From IMG/VR virus record IMGVR_UViG_3300012352_000690, positions 1-37,430 of that record: a DNA stretch of 37,430 nt; one strand, written 5' to 3'. The notes beneath the pieces were generated by a model, which saw only the letters and a program-made list of their open reading frames with translations, made no database searches and had not been told where the DNA came from. Both the position numbers and the translations under genes were made by a program. Below are positions 36,698 through 37,430 of the stretch, piece after piece (the stretch's first letter is position 1; each line of letters begins with the position of its first letter). Origin of the DNA: a virus (Duplodnaviria; Caudoviricetes).

Positions 36698-37387
36698 ATG
36701 AACGAATTAAACTTTTCATTTAATTTCGATTTGTCCTCCTTTAGCACCGAAGGGCAAATTTTTGACACTCGGTATATTAAGCCTAAAAAAAGAGTAATGA
36801 AGCCGCATTTTATCAAATACGATAACGCGGTGAAATTAGCACATGAGATAAAAATTGAAAAAGATGAGCGCTATTTTGTCCGTGTTTCAGGGAACTTCAT
36901 ACTAGGAGACTTGATAGAAGCTTTTGTCGTTGAGAATAATTATCACGTAAAAAGGATGACTATCGAAACGCTATCCCTCTCTCAAGACAATATTGATAGT
37001 TTTCACAACTTACTAAAAGGTAATTATGTAGATGATTTATTAATAGTTATTAGCGACTACTTCTACTCACACGAACGCGGGGATTTAATCCCGTATATGT
37101 ACAAGCAATTAGACATAGAAAATAAATTTCAACTAGCCGTTTGTTCTACACATTGTAAAATTGCCTTGTTTGAGACGTATTGCGGAAAGTTTTTTGTAAT
37201 CCACGGAAGTGCAAATCTCCGCTCTAGTGCGAATATTGAACAAATAGTTTTTGAGGAATCAGAAGAATTGTATAACTTTAATCAAGAAATTGCTGATAAT
37301 ATCACAGTAGAGTATCTTACAATTAATAAAAAAAGGTTATCTAAAACAGCATTATGGCAACAGGTTCAGAAGGATTCGCAAAAATAA
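36698..37387 (+). CDS. Phospholipase D-superfamily (HxK) nuclease-like protein, start at 36698
   Basis: HCKIALF...IHGSANL...NIEQ single HKD-type motif. Confidence 0.8.
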   Translation: MNELNFSFNFDLSSFSTEGQIFDTRYIKPKKRVMKPHFIKYDNAVKLAHEIKIEKDERYFVRVSGNFILGDLIEAFVVENNYHVKRMTIETLSLSQDNIDSFHNLLKGNYVDDLLIVISDYFYSHERGDLIPYMYKQLDIENKFQLAVCSTHCKIALFETYCGKFFVIHGSANLRSSANIEQIVFEESEELYNFNQEIADNITVEYLTINKKRLSKTALWQQVQKDSQK

Positions 37388-37430
37388 ACGCAGAACGACA
37401 ACGGCAACGAGAACGCGGTCAAACTGCAGC
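37354..37430 (+). CDS. 34-aa Arg-rich ORF continuing across the circular junction to TAA at 38-40
   Basis: MATGSEGFAKINAERQRQRERGQTAASRRNPQRR when the 12-nt overlap is merged. Confidence 0.5.
   Translation, partial: MATGSEGFAKINAERQRQRERGQTA

Larger units (their letters stand above)
1..37430. mobile_element. Complete or near-complete tailed bacteriophage genome (siphovirus-like, HK97 fold), probable Bacteroidota host
   Basis: Full terminase-portal-protease-capsid-tail-tape measure-lysis order on +, replication genes on -, 12-nt end overlap, TAnnTTTG promoters, no host housekeeping genes. Confidence 0.93.

Overview
The window looks like a complete, circularly permuted ~37.4 kb tailed phage genome. 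The last 12 nt repeat the first 12 nt, and a small ORF reads across the junction. It is an HK97-fold siphovirus-like phage, most likely of a Bacteroidota host, judged from TAnnTTTG -7 promoter boxes and A-rich start regions without Shine-Dalgarno sequences. The + strand (36698 through the junction to 23272) carries a PLD-family nuclease, terminase, portal, head, tail, fibre and lysis genes. The - strand (36318 to ~23350) carries early and replication genes: SF2 helicase, prim-pol/helicase, VRR-NUC, SSB, ERF, a second GH24 lysozyme and many small ORFs. An iteron-like inverted-repeat origin candidate lies at ~36345-36651. I found no integrase, CI-type repressor, DNA polymerase, reverse transcriptase or CRISPR array. 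The most striking element is an antisense island inside the head operon (4090-4720). It runs: promoter, 59-aa HTH-like ORF, tRNA-Cys(GCA)-like gene, a tRNA-Ser-like RNA with a 54-nt anticodon loop, then three tandem ~80-nt units. Each unit is the reverse complement of a Bacteroidota-style translation start site followed by its own terminator hairpin, suggesting a tRNA-processed array of anti-start-codon sRNAs. All protein calls come from motif recognition and synteny only; no database searches were run.
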